From an uncultured Actinomycetes bacterium (GTDB lineage: Bacteria > Actinomycetota > Thermoleophilia > Gaiellales > Gaiellaceae), in NCBI GenBank assembly GCA_963746895.1, contig CAVVDI010000012.1:28600-92599 (forward strand): 64,000 bases of DNA, read 5' to 3'. The translations under genes were made by a program, and so were the position numbers. Each line of letters starts with the position of its first letter. Position 1 is the first letter of the stretch. Below are positions 46,692 to 56,209 of the stretch, one piece after another. The notes under the pieces were generated by a model. The model ran no database searches and was not told where the DNA came from. It worked only from the letters and a program-made list of their open reading frames with translations.

Positions 46692-47117
46692 TTAGACGTT
46701 CGTGAGAGACCCGTTCAGGATTCCGAGCAGCTCGCGCGGCGCGGGGACGCAGCTGATCTCGAGGTCGCCCGCGACGATCGTGCCGTAGCCGAGGAGCCGG
46801 CCGAGCAGCGACTGCTCCACCTCGATCGCTCCAACGCGGGCGAGCCGGACGGAGGCAGCCTCCCGGCGAAGCACTCCGTGCACGACGAGCAGGGTGTCCG
46901 AGGTGAGGACGACGTGGGTGCGATCCCAGCGGAGGACGGCTGCCAGCGCCAGCAGCGCGGCGAGCCCGAGCGCGCCCGCACCGGCTGCCGGAAGGGGCCA
47001 GGGGCCGAGAAAGCCGGCCGCTCCGAGCGCTGCGAGCGCGAGCGCTCGCAGCAGCGGGCGCGCGAGCACGATCCCGTGCCGTCGCGCGTCGAGGCGGACT
47101 TCCCCGTCGTCGAGCAT
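46692..47117 (-). CDS. membrane-anchored bacterial PH-domain (YdbS/bPH_2-like) protein
   Basis: Starts at ATG 47117 ([23 protein letters not shown]). It has two TM segments, then [48 protein letters not shown]. The upstream part of the tracked ORF is artefact. Confidence 0.6.
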   Translation of the reverse strand: MLDDGEVRLDARRHGIVLARPLLRALALAALGAAGFLGPWPLPAAGAGALGLAALLALAAVLRWDRTHVVLTSDTLLVVHGVLRREAASVRLARVGAIEVEQSLLGRLLGYGTIVAGDLEISCVPAPRELLGILNGSLTNV

Positions 47118-47179
47118 GGCCTGGCCTGGTTCTTCGCGCCGCGAGGAATCCCTCGCCGCCGGGGCCGCGACGGATCGCG

Positions 47180-47419
47180 CTAGGCCTTGCGCCAGCGGCC
47201 GAAGACGAGGCCGCCGAGGGTGAAGCCGAGGCCGAACGTGCCGACCGCGAAGGCGCCGATCGCGGCGGCCTTGCGCGCGGTCGAGAGGCGCTGCCAGCGG
47301 CCGAGCGCCTCCTCCTCCTCGTGGGTCAGCTCCTCGCCGCGCCGCTGCTTGCGCAGGGCGCCGCCCGCCCGGAGGCCGAGGTACAGGTCGTCGAAGATCT
47401 CCGCGGTCTCTTCGGCCAT
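47180..47419 (-). CDS. hypothetical small tail-anchored protein
   Basis: 79-aa ORF with an acidic N-terminus and a C-terminal TM segment (AAAIGAFAVGTFGLGFTLGGLVF). Confidence 0.4.
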   Translation of the reverse strand: MAEETAEIFDDLYLGLRAGGALRKQRRGEELTHEEEEALGRWQRLSTARKAAAIGAFAVGTFGLGFTLGGLVFGRWRKA

Positions 47420-47446
47420 TGCTGGAATCTATAGCCTCAACCGGTC

Positions 47447-48256
47447 GTGCTCGCGCGCATCCTCCACGTATCCGATCTGCACACGGGTACAGCCGAGGAC
47501 GCACGGGTGGGGCCTGCGCTCGCGGCGCTGGTCGAGCGAACGGCGCCCGAGCTCGTGATCGCATCGGGCGACCTGACGAACCGCGGCCGCCGCGACCAGC
47601 ACGAGCGGGCGCACGCCGCGCTGACCGCGCTCGGGCCGCCCGTGCTCGCCGTCCCCGGCAACCATGACGTGCCGTCCGCCTTTCCGGCGCGCTTCACGCG
47701 TCCGTGGGCGGAGTTCGAGCGGCTCTGGGAGACCGTGGAGCCAGTGCACGCGACCGCGGCCCTGCACGTGGTCGGCCTCAACTCGGTGCGCCCCTTCCGC
47801 CACCAGGGCGGAGCGCTCGACTCCGCGCAGCTGAGGCGGGCGGCCGACCGGCTCGCCGGGGCGGCGGACGGGGCCTACCGCGTCGTGGTGCTCCACCACC
47901 ACCTGCTCGGCGCGCCGTGGCGGGCGGCGCGGAAACGGCCGCTCTCGCACCGCAGCCGGGTGCTGCGGGCGCTCGTCTCGGCCGGCGCCGACCTCGTCGT
48001 CGCGGGCCACATCCACCAGGCGGCGGTGAGCGAGCGGCGCGAGTTCGAGGTCGTCGGCGGCGACGTCCGCGCGGCGGTCGTGTCCATCGCTCCCGGGCTC
48101 GGTCAGCCGCGCCCGAACCGGCTCGGCGAGGCGCGCGGGCTCCAGGTCTACGAGGTCGCCGCCGAGTCGCTGACGGTGCTCACGCACACGTGGCGCGGCT
48201 CCGACTGGGCGCTGACCGCCCGCCGGACCTTCCCGCGCGGGCTGGCGACCCTCTAG
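47447..48256 (+). CDS. metallophosphoesterase (calcineurin-like)
   Basis: Motifs ILHVSDLH, SGDLTNRG, PGNHD, VLHHH and GHIH. Confidence 0.8.
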   Translation: MLARILHVSDLHTGTAEDARVGPALAALVERTAPELVIASGDLTNRGRRDQHERAHAALTALGPPVLAVPGNHDVPSAFPARFTRPWAEFERLWETVEPVHATAALHVVGLNSVRPFRHQGGALDSAQLRRAADRLAGAADGAYRVVVLHHHLLGAPWRAARKRPLSHRSRVLRALVSAGADLVVAGHIHQAAVSERREFEVVGGDVRAAVVSIAPGLGQPRPNRLGEARGLQVYEVAAESLTVLTHTWRGSDWALTARRTFPRGLATL

Positions 48257-48534
48257 CGCCGCGGCCGGCGCGCGGCCGGCCCGGTCAGCGGCCGGTGCTG
48301 GACGAAGCGCCGGTGGAGGTAGAGGAGCAGGGTCGCCGCGAGCAGCGAGACGATCACCCCGCCCGCGTGCCCCAGGAAGACCCAGCTGACGATCCCGCCG
48401 ACGAACGACCCTGCGAGGCCGAGCCCGATCGTGGCCAGGATGCCCATCGGGTCCGGACCCGGGAGCGCGAGCCGAGCGAGCGCGCCCACGATCAGGCCCT
48501 CGACCGCGAGCACGACGATGAACCAGAGCACCAT
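48253..48534 (-). CDS. GlsB/YeaQ/YmgE (transglycosylase-associated) family small membrane protein
   Basis: 93 aa, LIVGALARLALPGPDPMGILATIGLGLAGSFVGG. Confidence 0.8.
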   Translation of the reverse strand: MVLWFIVVLAVEGLIVGALARLALPGPDPMGILATIGLGLAGSFVGGIVSWVFLGHAGGVIVSLLAATLLLYLHRRFVQHRPLTGPAARRPRR

Positions 48535-48543
48535 GCGACTCCC

Positions 48544-49121
48544 CTACCCTCGCAGCCGCTCGAGCAGACGGAGGCGGGCCGCGCCGTATTCCTCGTCGTC
48601 GAGGACACCTCGCGTCGTGGAGCTCCTCGAGCAGGCCGAGGTAGTGAGCGGGGTTGTCGGTCGGGTCGGCCCCCGGCGCCGCGACGCGTGTCCCCGCCCC
48701 CCCGGGAGCCGATTGCGGAGCAGGACCGACGCGCCCGTCGCCGTCCGGCGCGACGCCGCCGAGGGTCGGTCCCGATCCGGTCGGGGTCGATGCCGGCCCG
48801 CTCGAGCCGGTCGCGGTACTCCTGGACGCCCACGCCCCGCTCCGGGAAACGGTACGCCTCGGGGCCCCAGAGCGGACGGTGCTGGACGAAGCGCCGGTAG
48901 AGGACGACGAGCACGATCGCCGCGATGAAGCTCGCGATCCCGACCCAGGACGCGTCGGGGCCGACCGCGGCGACGACGATCCCCCAGCCGATGAGCGAGC
49001 CGGCCAGGCCGATGCTGACCGTCAGCCACGCGGGCATCGGATCGGGCCCGGGCACGGCGAACCGTGCGAGCGCACCGGTCACGAACGCCGAGAGGAGCAG
49101 GGCGATGATGCTTCCGAGCAT
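48544..49121 (-). CDS. GlsB/YeaQ-family membrane protein with C-terminal SHOCT-like domain (two 1-nt insertions)
   Basis: The N-terminus is a paralog of its neighbour (FVTGALARFAVPGPDPMPAWLTVSIGLAGSLIGW). After ...DRIGTD the GC3-rich reading passes to the +1 frame (LGGVAPDGDGRVGPAP...NPAHYLGLLEELHDA). It then passes to the +2 frame (GVLDDEEYGAARLRLLERLRG*). Length is 578 nt. Confidence 0.6.
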
Positions 49122-49184
49122 CGGCTGATGCTAGCGCGGGAGGTCGGATCGGCAGGTGGCGCCGGGGCACGGCATCATCGGCTC

Positions 49185-49926
49185 GTGAACCGGACGACCC
49201 CGGCCGCGCCGTTCGTGCTCTCGCTGTCGCTGCGCGAGTCGCCGTTCGCGACGGACTACGCCTCGGAGCTGCCGGCGCTGCGCGGCCTCGGCCGGCTCGA
49301 GCTCGACCCTCGCGTGACCTTCCTCGTCGGCGAGAACGGGAGCGGGAAGTCCACGCTCGTCGAGGCGCTCGCCGTCGCGGCGAAGCTCAACCCCGAGGGG
49401 GGCGGCAGGCTGCTGCGCTTCGCCACGCGCGCCTCGCACTCCCGGCTGCACGAGCGGCTCGTCGTCGAGCGGTCGGCGCTGCCGCCGCTGAACGCGTTCT
49501 TCCTCCGGGCGGAGAGCGTGTTCAACCTCGCGACCGCGATCGAGGAGGGCGGCTACCTCGGCGTGCGGGAGGACGTCTACGAGCGGCCGCTGCACGAGCA
49601 GTCGCACGGCGAGTCGTTCCTCGACATCGCGGTCAACCGCTTCGGGCCGCGCGGGCTCTACCTGCTCGACGAGCCGGAGGCGGCCCTCTCGGTGTCCGGG
49701 CAGCTGGCGCTGATGGCGCGCATGCACGAGCTCGCCGAGACAGCACTCGCAGTTCGTCGTCGCGACGCACTCCCCGATCCTGCTGGGCTTCCCGGGCGCG
49801 ACGATCTACGAGCTCGGCGAGGACGGCGTGCGCCCGATCGAGTGGAACGAGGCGCCGCAGGTCGAGCTGACGCGCTCGTTCCTCGAGGACCCGCAGCGCT
49901 TCCTGCGCCACCTCCTCGCCGAGTGA
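49185..49926 (+). CDS. AAA/ABC-like ATPase (COG3910-type), 1-nt insertion near 49740
   Basis: Walker [16 protein letters not shown]/signature region HEQSHGESF and Walker B LYLLDEPEAALS. The conserved SQFVVATHSPILLGFPGATIYELGEDG...RHLLAE* then follows in the +1 frame. Length is 742 nt. Confidence 0.75.
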
Positions 49927-49944
49927 CGCCCTTTCACACGGCGG

Positions 49945-50177
<233 letters not shown>

Positions 50178-50178
<1 letters not shown>

Positions 50179-52184
50179 CAGGCCTTCACCTCCTCGAGCG
50201 CCAGCAGGTCGCGGCGCAGGTCCTTGATCTCGTCACGGAGCTTCGCGGCGTACTCGAAGCGGAGCTCCTCGGCCGCGACGAGCATCTCCTCCTCCAGCGT
50301 CACGACGAGCTTCTCCAGCTCCTCGCGGTTCATGCCCTCGACCTTGGCGGAGCCGCGGCGGCGGCGCGCCGGCACGTGCGGAGCCTCCAGCTGGAGGAGC
50401 CCGGCGATGTCGGAGACGCCCTTGGCGATCGTCGCCGGGACGATGCCGTGCTCCTCGTTGTAGGCGATCTGGATCGCGCGCCGGCGGTTCGTCTCGTCGA
50501 GCGCCTCCTTGATCGCCTCGGTCTGCTTGTCGGCGTACATCAGCACCGTGCCGTGGATGTTCCGCGCCGCGCGTCCGATCGTCTGGATCAGGCTCGTCCG
50601 CCCGCGCAGGAAGCCCTCCTTGTCCGCGTCGAGGATCGCGACGAGCGACACCTCGGGCAGGTCGAGGCCCTCGCGCAGGAGGTTGACGCCGACGAGCACG
50701 TCGTACTCGCCGAGGCGGAGCTCGCGGACGATCTGGATCCGCTCGAGCGTGTCGATCTCGGAGTGCAGGTAGCGGGCCTTGACGCCCGACTCGAGCAGGT
50801 AGTCGGTCAGGTCCTCGGCCATCTTCTTCGTCAGCGTCGTCACGAGCACGCGCTCGCCGGCCTGCTCGCGCTGCCGGATCTCGCCGAGCAGGTCGTCGAT
50901 CTGGTTCCTCGTCGGGCGCAGCTCGACCTCGGGGTCGACGACCCCCGTGGGCCGGATCAGCTGCTCGGCGACCCGCTCGGAGTGACGCAGCTCGAACGGC
51001 CCGGGCGTCGCCGAGACGAACACGAGCTGCGGCACCTTGGCGAGGAACTCGTCGAAGCGGAGCGGCCGGTTGTCGAGCGCCGACGGCAGCCGGAAGCCGA
51101 AGTCGACGAGCGTCTGCTTGCGCGAGCGGTCGCCCTCGTACATGCCGCCGACCTGCGGCACGGTCTGGTGCGACTCGTCGACGAACACGACGAAGTCGGA
51201 GGGGAAGTAGTCGAGCAGCGTGTGCGGGGCGGAGCCCTCGGGGCGGCCGTCGAGGATGCGCGAGTAGTTCTCGATCCCGTTGCAGAAGCCGAGCTCCTGC
51301 ATCATCTCGAGGTCGTACTCGGTGCGCTGCCGGATCCGGTGCGCCTCCAGCATCTTCCCCTCGTCCTCGAAGCGCCGGATCTGCGCCTCGAGCTCGTCGC
51401 GGATCTCGCCGGCCGCGCGCTCGATCGTCGGCTTCGAGGTCACGTACTGCGTCGCCGGGAAGATCGTGATCTGGTCGTGCTTCGCGAGCACCTCGCCGGT
51501 GAGCGGGTCGAAGTGCGTGATCTGCTCGACCTCGTCGCCGAAGAAGGAGATCCGGTACGCCGTCTCGGAGTGCGCGGGCTGCAGCTCGACCACGTCGCCC
51601 TTGACCCGGAAGCGACCGCGCCCGAGCAGCGTGTCGTTGCGGACGTACTGGATGTCGATCAGCTTGCGGAGCATCGCGTCGCGGTCCTGCTCCTCGCCGA
51701 CCGAGGCGGTGACGACCCGCTCCTTGTACTCCTCCGGCGAGCCGAGGCCGTAGATGCACGAGACGGAGGCGACGATGACCACGTCGCGGCGCAAGAGCAG
51801 GTTCGAGGTGGCGGCGTGGCGGAGCCGGTCGATGTCGTCGTTCCGCGAGCTGTCCTTCTCGATGTAGAGGTCGGCCTGCGGGACGTACGCCTCGGGCTGG
51901 TAGTAGTCGTAGTAGGAGACGAAGTACTCGACCGCGTTGTGCGGGAAGAACTCGCGGAACTCGTTGCAGAGCTGCGCGGCGAGCGTCTTGTTGTGGGCGA
52001 TGATCAGCGCCGGCCGCCCGACCTTCTCGATCGTCCAGGCCATCGTCGCCGTCTTGCCGGTGCCGGTGGCGCCGACGAGCGTCTGGTAGCGCTCGCCGGC
52101 GAGCAGCCCCTCGGCGAGGACGTCGATCGCCTTCGGCTGGTCGCCCGTCGGACGATAGGCGCTGGTTGTCTTCAGCTCCGCCAA
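50178..52184 (-). CDS. uvrB: excinuclease ABC subunit B
   Basis: [17 protein letters not shown], helicase motifs, and the C-terminal UVR domain ([15 protein letters not shown]). The start is taken as TTG 52184 ([17 protein letters not shown]). The rest of the tracked 1360-aa ORF is read-through artefact. Confidence 0.97.
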
Positions 52185-52213
52185 GGGGACCAGGGTAACG
52201 CCCGGGTCGGGGC

Positions 52214-52781
52214 TTACGGCCCGCCGCCGGAGCCGCTCAGCCCGAGCTCGGACGCGTAGGCGCGGCGGTAGATGCCCTTCAGCCGCTCGACCCGCTCGAC
52301 GTAGGCGCTCGTCTCCGGGAACTGCACGCCCTCGTGCGCGGCGAGCCAGCGGTCGACGTTCGACTGGCCGGCGTTGTAGGCCGCGAGCGCGGTGCGTTCG
52401 TCGCCGTACTTGTCGAGCAGGTGGCGGAGGTACCAGGCGCCGTAGCGGACGTTGATCTCGGGGTCGGTCAGGTCGGAGAGCACGAAGCCCTTGCCGCCGG
52501 TGTACTGCGCGATCCCCTCCGCCGTCTGCGGCGTCAGCTGCATCAGCCCGACCGCGCCGGCGCTCGAGCGCGCGCTCGCGTCGAACTTGCTCTCCTGCTC
52601 GATCACCGCGGCGAGCAGGGCCGGGTTGAGCCGGTAGTGCGCGGCGTGGCCGCGCACGATCGAGGCGTAGCGGAGCGGGTACCAGATGCGCGCCCACCAG
52701 GGCGGCTCGGTGCGCTGGAGGTAGACGAGCAGCGCCGCCGGCGACGGCGACGACGGCGACCAGCAAGACGAGTCGCCTCAC
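52214..52781 (-). CDS. membrane-anchored lytic transglycosylase (SLT domain), 1-nt insertion in the TM segment
   Basis: SLT motifs are present: [23 protein letters not shown] and AYNAG. GTG 52781 (overlapping the coaE stop, GTGA) gives [14 protein letters not shown]. The continuation (A)[30 protein letters not shown]... is in the +1 frame. Length is 568 nt. Confidence 0.75.
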
Positions 52782-53363
52782 GAGAACGACGAGAGCTCCT
52801 CCACGACCGAGGCGACGAACGCGTCGAGCTGCTCGAGCGAGCCGTCGTTGACGAAGGCGAAGTCGGCGCGGCGGAGCTTCTCCTCGTCGGGGACGAGGCG
52901 CGCCTCCCGCTCGGCGAAGCCGCTCCGCCGTTCCCTGCGCAGCTCGGCCGGGGCGGTCACGACGACGACGCGGTCGAAGCGCGCCTCGCCGCCCGTCTCG
53001 TAGAGGAGCGGGATCTCGACGACGGCGACCGCGGGCGGCTCGGCGCGTGCCCGCAGCGCGCGGAGCCAGCCGTCGACGGCGGCGCGGACGCGCGGGTGCA
53101 GCTCCGCCTCCAGCCAGGCGAGCTCGCCGCGGTCGGCGAAGACGATCCGCCCGACCGCCGCCCGGTCGACCTCGCCGTCCACGATGACACGCTGCCCCCA
53201 GCGCTCGCGCAGCAGTCGCCCGGAGCCCCTCGTCCTCGCGGTAGAGCCGGTGGACGATCTCGTCGCTCGACTCGACCGCAGCGCCGTGTCGCGCGAACGC
53301 GCTCAGCGCCTCGCTCTTGCCCGCCGCGATGCCGCCGGTGACCGCGACCGCGAGCGGCCGCAT
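52778..53363 (-). CDS. coaE: dephospho-CoA kinase CoaE (1-nt insertion near 53216)
   Basis: ATG 53363: [23 protein letters not shown]...[15 protein letters not shown], then the +1 frame [41 protein letters not shown]... The extra base fits GCG[A]CTG. Length is 586 nt. Confidence 0.85.
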
Positions 53364-53367
53364 CGCG

Positions 53368-54775
53368 CTAGGCCGGCTCGACCTCGTCCGGGCCACCGAC
53401 GGCGTCGTCGTCGGCGGCGACATCCTCGGGCTCGTCGGGGGTGGCGGCCTTCGGCTCCTGCTGCCGCGGCCTCGGCCGCCGCGACGGCCTGCGCCTCGGC
53501 GAACGCCTCGGCGACCGCGCCCTCGGCGGGCGGAGCGGAGGCGACGAGCGGCGACTCGTCCTCGGAGTCGGCGGCGGCTGCGGCCGGCTCGTCGGAGAAG
53601 ACGTCCTCGGAGAGATCGAGCGCGGGCGGCGGGGCGTCGTCGCCGGGCTTCGGCTGCACCGGCATCCCCTCCTCGACGCGCTTGAGCGAGAGCGAGAGGC
53701 GTCGCCGCTCGGCGTCGACCTCGAGGATGCGCACGTTCACCTGGTCGCCCTGCGAGACGATCTCGCGCGGGTTCTCGACGTGGTGCTGCGCGAGCTCGGA
53801 GATGTGGACGAGGCCCTCGACGCCCGGGAGGATCTCGACGAACGCGCCGAAGGTGACCACCTTCGTCACCGCGCCGCGGACGACGTCGCCCTCCTGGTAG
53901 CTGTCGAGCACCTGCTGCCACGGATCGGTCTGCGTCTGCTTGAGGCCGAGCGAGATCCGCTGGCGGTCGCGGTCGATGTCGAGCACCTTGACGTTGACCG
54001 TCTGGCCGATCTCGAGCACCTCGGACGGGTGGTTGACGTGGCTCCACGACAGCTCCGAGATGTGGATCAGCCCGTCCATCCCGTCGAGGTCGACGAAGGC
54101 GCCGAAGTCGACGATGTTCGAGATCGTGCCCTCGACGACATCGCCCGGGTTGAGCCGGTCGAGGATCTTCTGCCGCTGCTCCTTGCGCTCCTCCTCGAGC
54201 ACGGCGCGGCGGGAGAGCACGACGTTGTTGCGCGAGCGGTTGAGCTCGATCACCTTGCACTGGAGCTCCTGCGCCATGAACTCGTCGAGGTCCTGCACGC
54301 GGCGGATGTCGACCAGCGACGCGGGCAGGAAGCCGCGGACGCCGAGGTCGAGGATCAGACCGCCCTTGACGACCTCGATCACGCGGCCGGTGACCGGCTC
54401 GCCGTGCTCGTGCGCGCTCTCGATCGCCTTCCAGGCGATCTCGAAGCGGGCGCGCTTCTTCGAGAGGATGAGCCGGCCGTCGGCGTCCTCCTTGGTCATC
54501 ACGAGCGCAGCGATCTCGTCGCCGAGGGAGACCTCGTCGGCCGGGTTCACCGAGCGCCGGATCGAGAGCTCGGAGACGGGGATGACGCCCTCCGACTTGT
54601 AGCCGATGTCGACGAGCACCTCGTCCTTGTCCACGCGGACGACGGTGCCGTTGACGACCTGTCCTTCTTCGATGGTCGGGAAGGTCGACTCGTAGTCCGG
54701 GATCAGCTCGCCGTCCGGACCGGTCGTCCAGACGCCTTCCTCGAGCTTGGGTTCGTTGATCGTGTCGTTGGCCAT
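53368..54775 (-). CDS. rpsA: 30S ribosomal protein S1 (1-nt insertion near 53450 in the acidic tail)
   Basis: Four S1 repeats ([78 protein letters not shown]). After ...AAAAGAE the GC3-rich frame is +1 ([29 protein letters not shown] at 53368-53370). The tracked frame instead gives an Arg-rich tail overlapping coaE. Length is 1408 nt. Confidence 0.9.
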
Positions 54776-54855
54776 AGGGCGGGTCAGTATAGCCCCACGT
54801 GTTGAGACGTCTGACGATGCGGTTGGTTGGCCTGCCGCATGGTTACGCTGGACGC

Positions 54856-55284
54856 ATGGAGGAGCGTTATCCCGTCGGAGAGACCGATTCCGCGGCCGTC
54901 GCCGTGGTGCGCCACGAGCGGCGCGACGCCGGCTACCCGCAGTGGACGGCCACGCTCGGCCTGCGCGGAGGCGAGGCGACGGTCAGCGTTCCGGGCCACT
55001 ATCCCGCCGTCCTCGCCGAGCGGATCAGGCAGGCGAGCGCGCGCTTCGTGCCCGGCTCGCGGCTGGCGCGGGACGAGTATCTCGACCTGACGGCGCTCGC
55101 GCGCGGCGACGAGGAGACGCTCGCGATCTCCTCGAGCGCGCGGTCGCCGGTACGCGTGACGATCGAGGTGCCCCGCGGCGAGCTGGAAGGTCTCGCTGCG
55201 CTGCTCGACGCCGCGCAGGAGCTGATCGAGACGCTCCGGCAGGGGCTCGGGCTCGTCCCGGACAGCCTGCCCGAGGCGCTGTGA
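54856..55284 (+). CDS. hypothetical protein
   Basis: 142 aa from ATG 54856 (MEERYPVGETDSAAVAVV...). GC3-rich codons. No family recognised. Confidence 0.45.
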   Translation: MEERYPVGETDSAAVAVVRHERRDAGYPQWTATLGLRGGEATVSVPGHYPAVLAERIRQASARFVPGSRLARDEYLDLTALARGDEETLAISSSARSPVRVTIEVPRGELEGLAALLDAAQELIETLRQGLGLVPDSLPEAL

Positions 55285-55351
55285 GCGTCGGCTCGACGGA
55301 GCTCTCCGGGGAGTGGAGGCGCCGGCTCGGCCGCCGCCGGGAGCGGGTCTA

Positions 55352-56167
55352 GTGGCGCTGCGCGACTACGGCGCCGCGGGCGCTCGGGTCGCGCGGCGGG
55401 CGGTGCGGCGGCCGCGCCTGGGCCGCGAGGAGCGGGTCGTCTTCGTCGTCGGCTGCCTGCGTTCGGGGACGACGTTCCTGGGCGGCGCGCTCGGCTCGCA
55501 GCGGGGCTTCGTCGACCTCGGCGAGGTGACCCCCTGGAAGGCGGCCCTGCCGGCCCTGTACGAGCGCCGCGAGCGAGGCGGCGAGCGCGAGCTGCGGCGG
55601 ATCCTCGAGCGGGTTCGCCTGCTCGGGCTCGCGCCGGGGCTGCGCGGCGTCGAGCAGACGCCGGAGACGGCGCACCTGCTTGCGGCCGCGCTGGCGGCGT
55701 ACCCGCGCGGGCTGGCCGTCCACGCCCTGCGCGACGGGCGCGACGTGGTCTGCTCGGTGCTCGAGCGCGGCTGGCTCAGCCGCACGCGAGCCGGAGCCGA
55801 CGACGCGGGGCTCGCGTACGGGCCGCACGCGCGCTTCTGGGTCGAGCCGGAGCGGCGCGACCAGTTCGCGGAGGCGAGCGACGCGCGGCGGGCGGCGTGG
55901 GCGTGGCGGCGCTACGTGGAGGCGGCCCGCGCGGCGGCGCCCGGGCGGACGTTCGAGCTGCGCTACGAGCGGCTGGCGAGCGATCCGGACGGCGCCGCCG
56001 ACGAGCTCGCGGCGTTTCTCGGTTCGGAGCCCGCGCCGTTGCGTCTCGCCTTCGAGCGGTTCACGGACGCGAGCATCGGCCGCTGGCGGCGCGACCTCGA
56101 CGCGGCGCAGCTCGCGGACGTCGAGGCCGAGGCCGGTCCGCTCCTCGCCGAGCTCGGCTACGCCTAG
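55352..56167 (+). CDS. sulfotransferase-family protein
   Basis: 5'-PSB-like loop VVGCLRSGTTFLG, RDGRDVVCS, and a C-terminal RWRRDL. The start is uncertain: GTG 55352, or the tracked 55313. Confidence 0.6.
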   Translation: MALRDYGAAGARVARRAVRRPRLGREERVVFVVGCLRSGTTFLGGALGSQRGFVDLGEVTPWKAALPALYERRERGGERELRRILERVRLLGLAPGLRGVEQTPETAHLLAAALAAYPRGLAVHALRDGRDVVCSVLERGWLSRTRAGADDAGLAYGPHARFWVEPERRDQFAEASDARRAAWAWRRYVEAARAAAPGRTFELRYERLASDPDGAADELAAFLGSEPAPLRLAFERFTDASIGRWRRDLDAAQLADVEAEAGPLLAELGYA

Positions 56168-56209
56168 CCGCGCGCTCCCGGCCGCCACGACCGCGGCGCG
56201 GCACCGCCG

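Noticed and set aside
54776-54860. An rpsA promoter (TATACT 14 nt upstream of the ATG).
   Set aside because: There is a plausible -10 hexamer but no convincing -35. It cannot be supported without 5'-end data.
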